Source: an uncultured Actinomycetes bacterium
GTDB taxonomy: Bacteria; Actinomycetota; Thermoleophilia; UBA2241
Reading direction: 5' to 3'
NCBI GenBank assembly: GCA_963767005.1
Contig: CAVYCN010000012.1
Location: forward strand, 1 to 64,000
DNA: 64,000 nt
Positions 9,421 to 19,012 of this stretch are shown here, piece after piece (within the stretch, counting starts at the first letter, position 1; each line of letters opens with the position of its first letter). A program made the position numbers and the translations under genes. A model generated the notes under the pieces. It did not search any database. It had not been told where the DNA came from and saw only the letters and a list, made by a program, of their open reading frames with translations.

Positions 9421-11292
9421 TCAGGCCTCGAGCTCCACGTGCTGGCGCCGGCCGCGCCGCGTGAGCAGCAGGACCGCCGCGATCACCACGATGGCCGCGA
9501 TCACCACGATCGCGATCAGCGCCCCGTGCGAGCCGCCGCCCTTGGCCGCCGTGGCGACGGCCGGACGCAGGTGCAGGTACGACGCGATGTTGCCCTGGCA
9601 GTTCCAGACCGGCCCGCTGGCGGCGCCCCAGAGCCCCGTCCAGCCGGTCCACTTGGCCGTGTTCACGGCCTCGAGGTCCTCGGGGTAGTTGAGCACGATG
9701 TCGGGCGTCTGCTGGTACATGATCTGCTGCATCTGCCAGATGACATCCTTGCGCTGCTGCGGGTCGACCGCGCTCGCCTGGTCGACGGCCAGCTTGTCGT
9801 AGGTCTTGTCCGACCAGAAGTAGAGGTTGTTCATGTCGAACTGCGACGTCGTGAAGTAGTACATGGTCTGGCCGGGATCGTAGTTACCCACGAGGTCCCA
9901 GACCACGATGTCGAAGTCAGGCGTCATGGTGCTGCCCTTCATGTCGGCCATCGCTGAGTAGAGCGCGCCGCTGTCCTCGGCCGACATCGTGATCTTGAGG
10001 CCGAGCTGACGCAGCCAGCCGGTGATCAGCTTGGCCTCGGTCTGCTGGTTCGAGTTGTCGGAGGGTGCGGCCAGGCGCAGCGCGATCGGCTTGCCCTGCT
10101 TGTCGACCCGCACGCCGTTCTTGAGGGGGTAGCCCGCCGCCGTGAGCAGCTCGTTGGCCTTGGCCAGGTCGAACGTGTACGCCTGGCTCGCCGACGGCTG
10201 CCAGTGGTAGTCGGGGTCCACCCAGGTGCCGGGCGGCAGGATCGTCGAACCGGGTTCAGCGAGGCCGTCGTAGGCGATCGTGCAGAGCTTCTGGCGGTCG
10301 ACCGCGTAGTTCAGCGCGTTGCGGAACTTCCAGTCGCGCAGCACGGGGTTGCCCTTCGAGGACGCGTTGGCGTAGCAGTTGAACTCGATGTCGTCGAGCG
10401 CGTAGTAGGAGTAGGCGATCGCCCTGACACCCGCGACCGACTTGAGCTGCTGGAACTGCGCCGGCGGCACGCCCCAGACGCCGTCGAGCGAGCCCGAGCG
10501 GAAGTCGCTCACCATGGTGTCGGCGTCCTGGTAGATCTCGAAGAAGATCTTGGCGACGGTCGGCTTGGGGCCCCAGTAGCTGGGGTTGCGGTCCATCTCG
10601 ATGTAGCTGCCCTTCTTGAAGGCGACCACCTGGTACGGGCCGCTACCCACGAGCGGCAGCTTGACCGCGTAGTTCGAGCCGGCCGCGGTCGGCGAGACGT
10701 GCGACCAGATGTGCTCGGGCAGGATCGGCACCGACTGCGTCTCCATGAAGCCGGTGGCCATGGGGTGCTCGCAGACGATCTGCACCGTCGTCGGGTCGAG
10801 CGCCTTGGCCGACTTGATCCCGGCGATATAGGTCGTGTACTGCGCCATGTCGTTCTTGATGACGTAGTTGTAGGTGAAGGCCACGTCGGCCGCCGTGAGC
10901 GGCTGGCCGTCCTGCCACTTGACCCCGCTCCTCAAGTGGATGGTCCACACCTTGCCGTCGGCCGAGATGCCACCGTTCTGCTGTGTCGGGAACGCGCTCG
11001 CGAGGTCGAGCGCCGGTGCGTTGTGGTTGCCGGATGTGAAGAGGTAGTCGTAGTTGAGCGCCCAGATCTCCCAGCACTCCGACATGTAGCCGACGAACGG
11101 GTTCAGGTTGTCGGGTTCCGAGGTCCAGCCGAGGTGCAGGACGACCTCACCGGGCGCCGACGACGGCGACGACGCGGGGCTGACGGCGAGCGCGTCCGTC
11201 AGACCCACGGCCATGCCGGCGAGCAGCAGCGCGGCCAAGGCGAGCAGGGCCCAGCGGGCGTGACGTGACTGCAACAAGCCGAGTGGACGCAT
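9421..11292 (-). CDS. ABC transporter substrate-binding protein, family 5 (peptide/nickel), with C-terminal TM anchor
   Basis: EPDNLNPF, LRSGVKWQDGQPLTAADVAFT, GSGPY, FRNALNYAVDR; signal peptide; C-terminal IAIVVIAAIVVIAAVLLL followed by RRGRR. Confidence 0.92.
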   Translation of the reverse strand: MRPLGLLQSRHARWALLALAALLLAGMAVGLTDALAVSPASSPSSAPGEVVLHLGWTSEPDNLNPFVGYMSECWEIWALNYDYLFTSGNHNAPALDLASAFPTQQNGGISADGKVWTIHLRSGVKWQDGQPLTAADVAFTYNYVIKNDMAQYTTYIAGIKSAKALDPTTVQIVCEHPMATGFMETQSVPILPEHIWSHVSPTAAGSNYAVKLPLVGSGPYQVVAFKKGSYIEMDRNPSYWGPKPTVAKIFFEIYQDADTMVSDFRSGSLDGVWGVPPAQFQQLKSVAGVRAIAYSYYALDDIEFNCYANASSKGNPVLRDWKFRNALNYAVDRQKLCTIAYDGLAEPGSTILPPGTWVDPDYHWQPSASQAYTFDLAKANELLTAAGYPLKNGVRVDKQGKPIALRLAAPSDNSNQQTEAKLITGWLRQLGLKITMSAEDSGALYSAMADMKGSTMTPDFDIVVWDLVGNYDPGQTMYYFTTSQFDMNNLYFWSDKTYDKLAVDQASAVDPQQRKDVIWQMQQIMYQQTPDIVLNYPEDLEAVNTAKWTGWTGLWGAASGPVWNCQGNIASYLHLRPAVATAAKGGGSHGALIAIVVIAAIVVIAAVLLLTRRGRRQHVELEA

Positions 11293-11582
11293 ACGATTCC
11301 CCCTTTGTGGTCGTGCCCCGGGAGGTCGCCTGCAGCCGCAGCGGCTCCGTCTCGACGACCTCTCCGCCGCCAACGCTAGCACGACTGCCGCTGAGCCGAC
11401 AGCGCCGGCGCGGCCCAGCGTGGCGGACGCGGCTTGGACCGCCGGGACCACAGGTGCCCGGCCGCTGCCCCGCGACACGGCCTTCACGCCATCTTTAGCG
11501 AGCCGGCACCCCAGTTCACGCGGTCTTTCCGGGCGTGAGGGCACCCTGAGATCGATACGGATGAGCGAAGAGGCGACCGAGC

Positions 11583-11777
11583 ATGAGCTGGCATGAACTG
11601 ACGGGCAAGCGCTTGCGTGTGGGAGACAAGGTTGGCGAGGTGGTGCACGTCGACTCGTTCCGCGTCGTCCTGCTGACAGAAGGCGACGACGGGAAGCCGC
11701 ACCGCGTGATCCTCTCCCCCGACGAGCCGCTCGACGTTGAGGTGCCGGCCGACGGAGGTCGTGGTGACGCTGTTTGA
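11583..11777 (+). CDS. hypothetical protein (64 aa)
   Basis: GAGG RBS, ATG, protein-like composition; overlaps the next ORF. Confidence 0.55.
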   Translation: MSWHELTGKRLRVGDKVGEVVHVDSFRVVLLTEGDDGKPHRVILSPDEPLDVEVPADGGRGDAV

Positions 11778-12144
11778 CCACGACGCGGCAGTCGGCTGCG
11801 ACTACCTCGACCGACTCGAGATCCGTCAGGGCGACCGCGACGCGGAGCTCGACTGGGCCCTGCGCGGCAGGCGCGACCGAGAGGTGCGCATCTACCGCTC
11901 GAGCCGCGGCTTCGCATCCGGCCCCGCCACGACCGACCGCGACCAGGCGCTGGTCTACGAGGGCAGCGCCGCCGCGACGCGCCTGGCCAGCGCGGGCGAC
12001 CACACCGGCCCCGCCTATCGGGTCTCGGCGGACATCGCCTACTACTACTCGATCTTCGCGCGCGACGACGACGGCACGTGGCATCCGCAGCTGCGGGTCA
12101 AGGCCGAGCCGTGCAGCGTGGGCCGGTGGCGGCGGCCGGCCTAG
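11764..12144 (+). CDS. hypothetical protein with fibronectin-III-like motif
   Basis: GGAGG RBS; LDW..VRIYRS..GF..LVYEG..YYYSIFARD..G.W pattern. Confidence 0.55.
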   Translation: MTLFDHDAAVGCDYLDRLEIRQGDRDAELDWALRGRRDREVRIYRSSRGFASGPATTDRDQALVYEGSAAATRLASAGDHTGPAYRVSADIAYYYSIFARDDDGTWHPQLRVKAEPCSVGRWRRPA

Positions 12145-12178
12145 AGGCCCGCGCCGCGCGACGACCCGAGAAGCGCGG

Positions 12179-13366
12179 CTAGAGGCTCTCGCGCAGCGCG
12201 ACGACCCGCTCGACCGCGGCCTCGAAGTCGGCCTTGTCGAGGGTGCCGCCGACGTAGCCGCCGCGCAGCCCGGCCAGCGCCTTCTCGCCCTCGCCGACCT
12301 GGCCCTGCGAGCACAGGAGCAGGTCCATGCCGGCGCCGGCGGCGAGTTCGGCACGGTGGCCGATGGTGCCGAACGGGCGGAGTGCGCCGGCCTCGAGCGC
12401 GTCGGTCACGGTCACGCCCTCAAAGCCCAGCCGCTTGCGCAGCTCGCCCTGGACCACGGCCTGAGCGAGCCCGGCCGGCCGGCCGGGCGCGAGCACCGGG
12501 TAGATCGCCCACGAGACCATGACGAGCTTGACCTGGGCGGCGATCGCGGCTCTGTAGGGGACCTCGTCGAAGCCGCGGATGCGGCCCGCCGTCAGGCCGA
12601 GCGTGACCGGCCCCGTGTCGGTGTCCTGCGTCCGTGTCGCCGCGCCGAGGCCGGGGAAATGCTTGGCGGCGGCGGCCACGCCGCCGCCCTTCTGCAGGGC
12701 AGTGATGAAGTCGGCGCCGAGCGCCGCCACGACCGACGAGCGCTGACTGTACGAGCGGCCGTACTGGTCATCGAAGTCGCCCGCCTTGCGGTACACGTCG
12801 AGCACCGGCGCGAGGTCGACGTTCAGCTCGACGTCGGCGAGGTTGGCCGCCGCTCCAGCGCCGGCCGCCGTCGCCGCCGCGGCCGGGTCGCTTGCCAGGC
12901 CGATCCGCTTCTCGGACAGCAACGGCGCCCCGGATAGCCGCCGCACCTGTCCGCCCTCCTGGTCGGTCATGAGCAGGAGCGACGCGTGAATCGGGTTGCC
13001 GGAGCTCTGGTCGGCGCGGTCGAGGGCGCGCACGGCGGCGCGCAGCTGTACGCGACTGCGGATGTTGTCGGCGAAGAACACGACGCCCGCCGCGCGGCCG
13101 TGGCGGATGAGCCACAGCAGCTCGCTCGGAGGGTTGAGGCCCGTGTAGCTGTAGATCACCCGCTGGCCGGCCATCTGGGCCGGCGTCAGCGGCGGCAGGG
13201 TGACCGACGTGCCGTCGGCGGCCGCGCGCGCCGGCGCTCGGAGGCCGCCGGCGATGCCGCTCAAGCCGACCGCGACGGCGGCAGCGACGGCCACGGCCCC
13301 GGCGGCGACGAGCAGCGCCCGTCGGCGTCCGAGGCCACGCGAACCGTGCCGAAGCTGAGCGGTCAT
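12179..13366 (-). CDS. exported GH3 beta-N-acetylhexosaminidase-like protein (N-terminal domain only)
   Basis: DQEGGQVRR, APVLDV, RSYS, KHFPGLG, TDAL nucleophile; RRR plus hydrophobic signal. Confidence 0.9.
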   Translation of the reverse strand: MTAQLRHGSRGLGRRRALLVAAGAVAVAAAVAVGLSGIAGGLRAPARAAADGTSVTLPPLTPAQMAGQRVIYSYTGLNPPSELLWLIRHGRAAGVVFFADNIRSRVQLRAAVRALDRADQSSGNPIHASLLLMTDQEGGQVRRLSGAPLLSEKRIGLASDPAAAATAAGAGAAANLADVELNVDLAPVLDVYRKAGDFDDQYGRSYSQRSSVVAALGADFITALQKGGGVAAAAKHFPGLGAATRTQDTDTGPVTLGLTAGRIRGFDEVPYRAAIAAQVKLVMVSWAIYPVLAPGRPAGLAQAVVQGELRKRLGFEGVTVTDALEAGALRPFGTIGHRAELAAGAGMDLLLCSQGQVGEGEKALAGLRGGYVGGTLDKADFEAAVERVVALRESL

Positions 13367-13501
13367 CGTCCTCGCAGTGTACTCTCGCGCGCGCCCGCGC
13401 GGCGGCCCTGGCAGGGAAGCGTAGCCGGAACGGGCGACACCCTCTCCTGCGGTCGGGTAAAGAGGAGGAGCAAGGCCCACGAGCGTCAAGGAGGCTTGGC
13501 G

Positions 13502-13696
13502 ATGGTCGACAAGAGCACCCTGGACGGCTGCTTCAGGGACATCGGCTTCCCGGCCGACCGCGACGAGCTGGTCGAATGCGCGTCGGACAACTCGTGCCCG
13601 TCCGATGTCGTCGGTCAGCTGCGCGACATGCCGTCGATGAGCTATCACTCCACCGACGACGTCCTCTGCCGCCTCGGCAACATCAGCTACTGCTGA
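13502..13696 (+). CDS. DUF2795-like small protein, Cys-rich (64 aa)
   Basis: AAGGAGG RBS; [10 protein letters not shown]...PSDVV..LRDMP...YHSTDDV pattern. Confidence 0.8.
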   Translation: MVDKSTLDGCFRDIGFPADRDELVECASDNSCPSDVVGQLRDMPSMSYHSTDDVLCRLGNISYC

Positions 13697-13853
13697 GCTC
13701 GCCCACCGGCGAGTCGCGACGGTCGCGCGGCGGGCCGCCCCGTGGGCGGCCCGCCGCTCCGTTGCGGGCTCGTCCGTACCCCAGCCAGACGCACCGGCGG
13801 GACGCCCCCGGCCGCGGCGCGCGCGGGACACTTGGGAGCGGCCCGGCCGGGGA

Positions 13854-14975
13854 ATGATGGAATCGCTCATGAACACGCACGAAACATATCGCACCGATGA
13901 TGCCGGCAGCGCACCTCGCGAGAGTGACGAGGTCGCCGCCCTGCTGGAGAGAGGCCGGGAGCAGGGTTTCGTCGAGACCGGGCGCATCGCCGTTGTGGCC
14001 CGCGAGCTCGAGCTCGACCGGGGTCAGGTCGAAGAGCTGCTGCTCACCCTCGAGGAGGCCGGCGTCGACGTCGTCGAGGACGAGGCGTCGGGCGACGGCC
14101 GCGGCGACGAGGCCGCCGAGGAGGCCGAGCCCGAGCCCGTCGCCGACTTCGCGTCGTTCGACACGGTCCGCCAGTACCTGCGCGAGATCGCCCGGGTGCC
14201 GCTGCTCACGGCCGCCCAGGAGGTCTCCCTGGCGCGCCGCATCCAGCGGCACGACATGCAGGCCAAGCGCCAGATGATCGAGGCCAACCTGCGGCTCGTG
14301 GTCTCGATCGCCAAACGCTACGTGCGCACGAGCATGCCCCTGCTCGACCTGATCCAGGAGGGCAACCTGGGGCTCATCCGTGCGACCGAGAAGTTCGACC
14401 ATCGCAAGGGCTACCGCTTCTCGACCTACGCGACGTGGTGGATCAGGCAGGCGATCATGCGCGCCACCGCCAACCAGAGCCGCACGGTGCGGGCGCCGGT
14501 CCACGTCGTCGAGCAGATGAACCGGCTGGCGCGGCTGCAGCGCGAGCTGCAGGCGCGCCTCTCCCGTGAGCCGACCCCCGAGGAGCTCGCCACCGCGATG
14601 GGCGTCGCGCCCGACAGGGTGCGCGAGATCCAGCAGATCAGTCAGGAGCCTGTGAGCCTCGAGCAGCCGATCGGCGACGACGAGGCCTCGCTGTGTGACC
14701 TGATCGAAGACGACGGCGGCCCGACGCCGCTCGAGGCGGTCGGCGACCTCCTGCGGCGCGAGGAGATCCGGCGCGTCCTCGCCGAGCTCAGCCACCGCGA
14801 GCGGCGCGTGATCGAGCTGCGCTTCGGCCTCGACGACGACACGCCGCGCACGCTCGAAGAGGTGGGTCGCGAGTTCGGCGTCAGCCGCGAGCGCATCCGT
14901 CAGGTCGAGGCGAAGACGCTCGCCAAGCTGCGCAGCTTCTGCACGATCCAGGGCCTGCGCGACACCGGCAGCTAG
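13854..14975 (+). CDS. RNA polymerase sigma-70 factor, RpoD/SigA family (probably a group 2 paralogue)
   Basis: Region 1.2 [64 protein letters not shown]. Confidence 0.93.
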   Translation: MMESLMNTHETYRTDDAGSAPRESDEVAALLERGREQGFVETGRIAVVARELELDRGQVEELLLTLEEAGVDVVEDEASGDGRGDEAAEEAEPEPVADFASFDTVRQYLREIARVPLLTAAQEVSLARRIQRHDMQAKRQMIEANLRLVVSIAKRYVRTSMPLLDLIQEGNLGLIRATEKFDHRKGYRFSTYATWWIRQAIMRATANQSRTVRAPVHVVEQMNRLARLQRELQARLSREPTPEELATAMGVAPDRVREIQQISQEPVSLEQPIGDDEASLCDLIEDDGGPTPLEAVGDLLRREEIRRVLAELSHRERRVIELRFGLDDDTPRTLEEVGREFGVSRERIRQVEAKTLAKLRSFCTIQGLRDTGS

Positions 14976-15002
14976 CCGACGACGCGCGACGCGGGTCGCG
15001 AC

Positions 15003-15245
15003 TCAGGCCGCGCGCACCTGGTAGTCGCTCGTGTCGGCCTCCTCGGCCCGGGTGATGCGAGGCTCGCCGGCGACGCCGCCGCGGGCCATCGCCTCGCCGA
15101 GCGACGGGTCGCTCACAAAAGCCTCCGCTTGCTCGCGCGAGGAAAAGCGGTCATCACGATCACGGCGTTCGGGTCGTCGGCGCTGCGGTACACCGTGTGA
15201 CCCGTCGCGCCGTGACGCCGGCGCACCGCTCCTGCTCGTCGAAAG
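15003..15245 (-). pseudogene. 5'-truncated, doubly frameshifted ABM/cyclase-like (dimeric alpha-beta barrel) gene remnant
   Basis: Three frames join into FDEQ / AVRRRHGATGHTVYRSADDPNAVIVM / FSSREQAEAFVSDPSLGEAMARGGVAGEPRITRAEE; no start or N-terminus found. Confidence 0.65.
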
Positions 15246-15282
15246 GGGCGGCCCCGGCGCCCGATGGGCGCCGGGGCCGCCC
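15246..15282 (-). terminator. perfect 17-bp hairpin downstream of the CAP gene
   Basis: GGGCGGCCCCGGCGCCC-GAT-GGGCGCCGGGGCCGCCC, followed by a short T run on the minus strand. Confidence 0.7.
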
Positions 15283-15311
15283 CGGCGTGGCGACGTGAGG
15301 GACCGGATCCG

Positions 15312-15893
15312 CTACTTGCTGCGGGCTCCGCAGTCGAGGGTGAAGAAGATCACGCCGGCGACGCCCGAGCAGGTGCCGCTGGCGCGGCCCACGCCGACGT
15401 CGCGAAACCGGCGGGTGAGGATGACGTGGCGATGCGGCGCGCTGTGCATCCAGGCCTTGAAGATCGCCCTGGGCGTGCCCGCCGTGCCGGAGCCGTAGGC
15501 GATGTCCTCGCCCGCCGTCCAGCTCGAGTAGCCGACGTTCGTGTAACCGAGCCGCACGATGCGAGCGGCGAACGTCTCGCCGCTGAACGATGAGTGGCTG
15601 AAGAAGCCCTTCGTCAGCATCTGCCGCGAGTGGGCGCGGGCGGCGCGCTCGAGGCTCGCGACGGCGCGCAGCTTGGGCAGCCCGTGCGCCTTCCGCGTCG
15701 CGTTCACGAGCGCGAGGAGACGACGCTCGGGGCTCCTCAGCGTGACGGCATGGGCCGGGCCGGCCGTGGCGAGACCGGCCCCCAGGCACGCGCCGGCGGC
15801 GAGCACGACGGCGAGCAGCATGCGCTGGGGTCTGCCGAGGGAGGTACGGGGGTGACGCAGCGGGTCGGCGTTCGCGGTCCGGGACGGTTGCAT
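15312..15893 (-). CDS. secreted CAP/SCP (YkwD-like) domain protein
   Basis: LVNATRKAHGL, AARAHSRQM..FFSH, GEDIA, WMHSAPHR, VGVG; signal peptide; AAGGAGG RBS. Confidence 0.9.
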   Translation of the reverse strand: MQPSRTANADPLRHPRTSLGRPQRMLLAVVLAAGACLGAGLATAGPAHAVTLRSPERRLLALVNATRKAHGLPKLRAVASLERAARAHSRQMLTKGFFSHSSFSGETFAARIVRLGYTNVGYSSWTAGEDIAYGSGTAGTPRAIFKAWMHSAPHRHVILTRRFRDVGVGRASGTCSGVAGVIFFTLDCGARSK

Positions 15894-16023
15894 GACTGCC
15901 TCCTTTCGGGAGCCTGGGGCTCCCTTGGGTGGGCGCCGTCATCAGCGCCGTTCACGGGCGGGCGGTCGTCGCGTTGCCCTTCCGGTAAACGCCCGGCACA
16001 CTACCCTTCGGGCAGTCCGGAAG

Positions 16024-17187
16024 TCAAGCCGGGCGGCCGGCGGAGACGCGGTCGCCGGCCCCGTCGGCCGGAGCCGGCGCGCCGGCTCCGGCGTGCCGTT
16101 CCCGCAGGCGCGCGATGAACGGAAGGCGCCGCAGCAGCGCGGCGCGCGCGAGCCAGTAGATGTCCTTGCGCCGCGCGACGAGCAGCTCGAAGCGCTCCCT
16201 GAGGTAAAGGGTCATCCACAGCCGTGAGCGGTAGATCGACACGCGGAAGGCGGGCTCGGGCTGCGCGCCCAGGCGCCGCTTGTAGATGTCGGTGCCCCAC
16301 GTCAGATGGGTGCGGGTGCAGCCCCGCCGGATGGACTCCGCGATCGAGTACGAGGTCATGAGAAGCCCGAGGTGGACGTCCTCGTAGGCGCGGTCGAAGC
16401 CCACGGTGTGCACCCAGCAATCGTCGCCCACGAGGAGCAGAAGCTGCGCGGCGACGCAGCGGCCCTCGATCGTGCCGCACAGCGCGCAGCCGTACGCCCG
16501 AAGCAGGCGCCAGAGCTGCTCGGACTGCTGCTCGCCGGTCTCCCACAGCGACACGACGCCCTTCACGTGCATGCGCTCGAGGTGCCAGGCGATCACCTGG
16601 TCGACGAGCTCGCGAGGGATCTCCTTGCGTTCGAGGGTCGAGAGTGCGAAATCGGGGTAACGGCGCCTCAGCCCGTTGCCGTACTGGCGCAGGTGCTTGC
16701 GGGTGGTGTTGCCGATCATGCGGTCGTAGCCGTCCAGATCGACGGGCAGCGCGACCACGTAATCGTCGGCGCGCAGCAGGCAGCGGTGCGGCCGGCGCAG
16801 CTCGGGCGGCGGAAACTTCACCTCCGCCTTGATGCGGTGCACCTCGGAGCGCTCGCGAAAGATCGCGGCCGTGACGCGCTCCATCGCCGCGGGCTCGATG
16901 TCCACGACCTTGTTCAGCACCTCGGCTGTAGCGCCCTTCACGGTGAAGGCGACTACGTGACGCGGCTCCTCGAGCTGGCAGGTGTGGACGTTGTCGGGAC
17001 GATCGTAGATGTCGAAGTACTCGGCGACGCAGAAGCAGCTGTTGTAGCGTCGCGGCAGCTCGCCGGCGAGGTCCGACGGCAGCTCGTCGCAGGTGATGAC
17101 GGCGCCGAGATCGGGGTAGGCGTGACGGCGACACGTCTGGGTCGCGTGCACCGCGCCGGGCTCGGTGGTGGTCGTGGTCGCCATCAT
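16024..17187 (-). CDS. GNAT-fold acetyltransferase (CelD/BcsL-like)
   Basis: TRKHLRQYGNGL, GFDRAYEDVHLGLL, G..THLTWGTDIYKRRLGA. Confidence 0.7.
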   Translation of the reverse strand: MMATTTTTEPGAVHATQTCRRHAYPDLGAVITCDELPSDLAGELPRRYNSCFCVAEYFDIYDRPDNVHTCQLEEPRHVVAFTVKGATAEVLNKVVDIEPAAMERVTAAIFRERSEVHRIKAEVKFPPPELRRPHRCLLRADDYVVALPVDLDGYDRMIGNTTRKHLRQYGNGLRRRYPDFALSTLERKEIPRELVDQVIAWHLERMHVKGVVSLWETGEQQSEQLWRLLRAYGCALCGTIEGRCVAAQLLLLVGDDCWVHTVGFDRAYEDVHLGLLMTSYSIAESIRRGCTRTHLTWGTDIYKRRLGAQPEPAFRVSIYRSRLWMTLYLRERFELLVARRKDIYWLARAALLRRLPFIARLRERHAGAGAPAPADGAGDRVSAGRPA

Positions 17188-17385
17188 CTGTATATTCGGC
17201 ACGCTGCGCCCCGAACTTTTGCGCACGCTCGCCCGCGCCACGGTCGACCGTGGCGCGGGCGAGCGTGCGCGGGCCAACGGGTTTGAGACTCGAGCGACAT
17301 CTGGAATCTGCTCGGGGCCACGGGCGACCGCACGAGCCGCCCGTTCTCGTACGGCCGCGCTCGAGGAACGTGAGGAGGAGAACGC

Positions 17386-18402
17386 GTGCAGCACGTCCAC
17401 CATCTGAGTTACCTGCAGGCGATCGTGATCGGCATCATCCAGGGCATCGGCGAGCTCTTCCCGGTCTCCAGCCTGGGGCACACGGTGCTGGTCCCGTCCT
17501 GGTTCGGCGGCAGCTGGGCGCGGCTCGTCTCGCAGGAATCGATGCCCGAGAGCCCCTACCTGGCCTTCGTCGTCGGCCTGCACCTGGCGACCGCGCTCGT
17601 GCTGCTCGCGTTCTACGTGCGCGAATGGGGGCGCATCGTGGTCGGCTTCTTGCGCACGCTGGCGCGGCGCCGCATCGCAAGCGACGCCGAGCGCCTGGCC
17701 TGGCTGATCGTCGTGGCGACGATCCCCGTCGGCATCCTCGGCCTCGCCTTCGAGCACGAGTTCCGCGTGCTGTTTGCCAAGCCGCTCGCCGCGGCGCTGT
17801 TCCTCATGGCAAACGGCCTCATTCTGCTCGCCGGCGAGACCTACCGCAGACGCAACGCGGCGGATGCGGAAGGGGCGAACGGCGCGGGCGGCGGCGGGGC
17901 GCGCTCGGGCGCGCCGGGACCGGCCACACTCGCCCTGGCGGCGCCGGCCACCACGGTCCCGGCCGCACGCTTGCGCGACCGGGCCATCGTGCCTCTGGAC
18001 GCCGCGGCCGAGCACGAGCTCGCCGGGATCGGCTGGGCGAGCTCGGGACTGATCGGCGCCGCTCAGGCGCTGGCCCTGCTGGCCGGCATCAGCCGCGAGG
18101 GCGTGGCCATGGTCGGCGGCCTGTTCCGCGGCCTCGACAACGAGAATGCCATGCGCTTCTCGTTCTTGCTCTCCACGCCGGTGATCTTCGCCGCCGGCAT
18201 CCTCAAGGTGCCCGACCTCACGGGGCCGCTGGGTGCCGGCATCCGCGGACCCGTGCTCGCCGGCGCGGTCGCTGCGGCAGGCGCCTCGCTCTTTGCCATC
18301 CTCTTCCTGTCGCGCTACTTCAAGACCCGCACGCTGCTGCCATTCGCCGTCTACTGCCTGGCCTTCGGGCTCGCCTCGGCGATCCGCTTCGGTATCTTCT
18401 GA
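17386..18402 (+). CDS. uppP: undecaprenyl-diphosphate phosphatase (BacA/UppP)
   Basis: IIQGIGELFPVSSLGH, LHLAT, ATIPVG, AQALALLAGISREG, RFSFLLSTP; GAGGAGGAG RBS. Confidence 0.9.
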   Translation: MQHVHHLSYLQAIVIGIIQGIGELFPVSSLGHTVLVPSWFGGSWARLVSQESMPESPYLAFVVGLHLATALVLLAFYVREWGRIVVGFLRTLARRRIASDAERLAWLIVVATIPVGILGLAFEHEFRVLFAKPLAAALFLMANGLILLAGETYRRRNAADAEGANGAGGGGARSGAPGPATLALAAPATTVPAARLRDRAIVPLDAAAEHELAGIGWASSGLIGAAQALALLAGISREGVAMVGGLFRGLDNENAMRFSFLLSTPVIFAAGILKVPDLTGPLGAGIRGPVLAGAVAAAGASLFAILFLSRYFKTRTLLPFAVYCLAFGLASAIRFGIF

Positions 18403-18435
18403 GGGCCCCGCCCGAGGCTCGGCGCCCGGGAGGTG

Positions 18436-18783
18436 TCAGGCCGCCTGTCGGCGCTCCAGGGTGAGGCGCCGCTGGAACGCGCGCATGCGGCAACGGTCCG
18501 AGCAGTACTTGCGGTGCGGGTTGGTCGTGACGAACTCGCGCTCGCACGTCGGGTTCGCGCACGATCGGATCAGCTCGGGGCGCGCCCGGTACTGGCGCTG
18601 CTCGGAGCGGGCGCGGGCCCATCCGTGCCCGTGAAGACAGCAGAAGGGGCTCGGGTTGTATCTCGACAGGAGGGTCGAGCAGCCGTCGGCCGCGCATACG
18701 CGGCCGCTCCCGTAGGTGGTGAGCCGCTCCTCGACGCTCGCCGACCGGGACGCCGAGGTCGCCGGCCTGCCGTTGATCATCAT
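18436..18783 (-). CDS. small protein with two putative zinc fingers (C-terminal one CGNR-like)
   Basis: C-x4-C..LSRYN..CCLH and CANPTC..F..RKYCSDRCRMRAFQRR. Confidence 0.7.
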   Translation of the reverse strand: MMINGRPATSASRSASVEERLTTYGSGRVCAADGCSTLLSRYNPSPFCCLHGHGWARARSEQRQYRARPELIRSCANPTCEREFVTTNPHRKYCSDRCRMRAFQRRLTLERRQAA

Positions 18784-19012
18784 CCCGCTCACGTACGCCT
18801 CCACCCCCCGGTCGCGCCCGCCTCGACGGCTCTCAGCCGGCGGCCACGTCGTCGGGGCGGCATCCGCACCACCGGCGCGGACGCCACCAGCTCGCCCGTT
18901 CGTCCGTGCACTTGCCGTCGGACGGCGCTTGCTAACCCGTTGTGCCGCAAGACTCGAGTGGAGTGTGCGACGACACGCCGCGGCGATGGGCCGACCCCGC
19001 GTCGCGACCGGC

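Noticed and set aside
17860-18010. Insertion inside uppP as an intein or mobile element
   Set aside because: Short in-frame Ala/Gly/Pro-rich loop without intein or terminal-repeat signatures.
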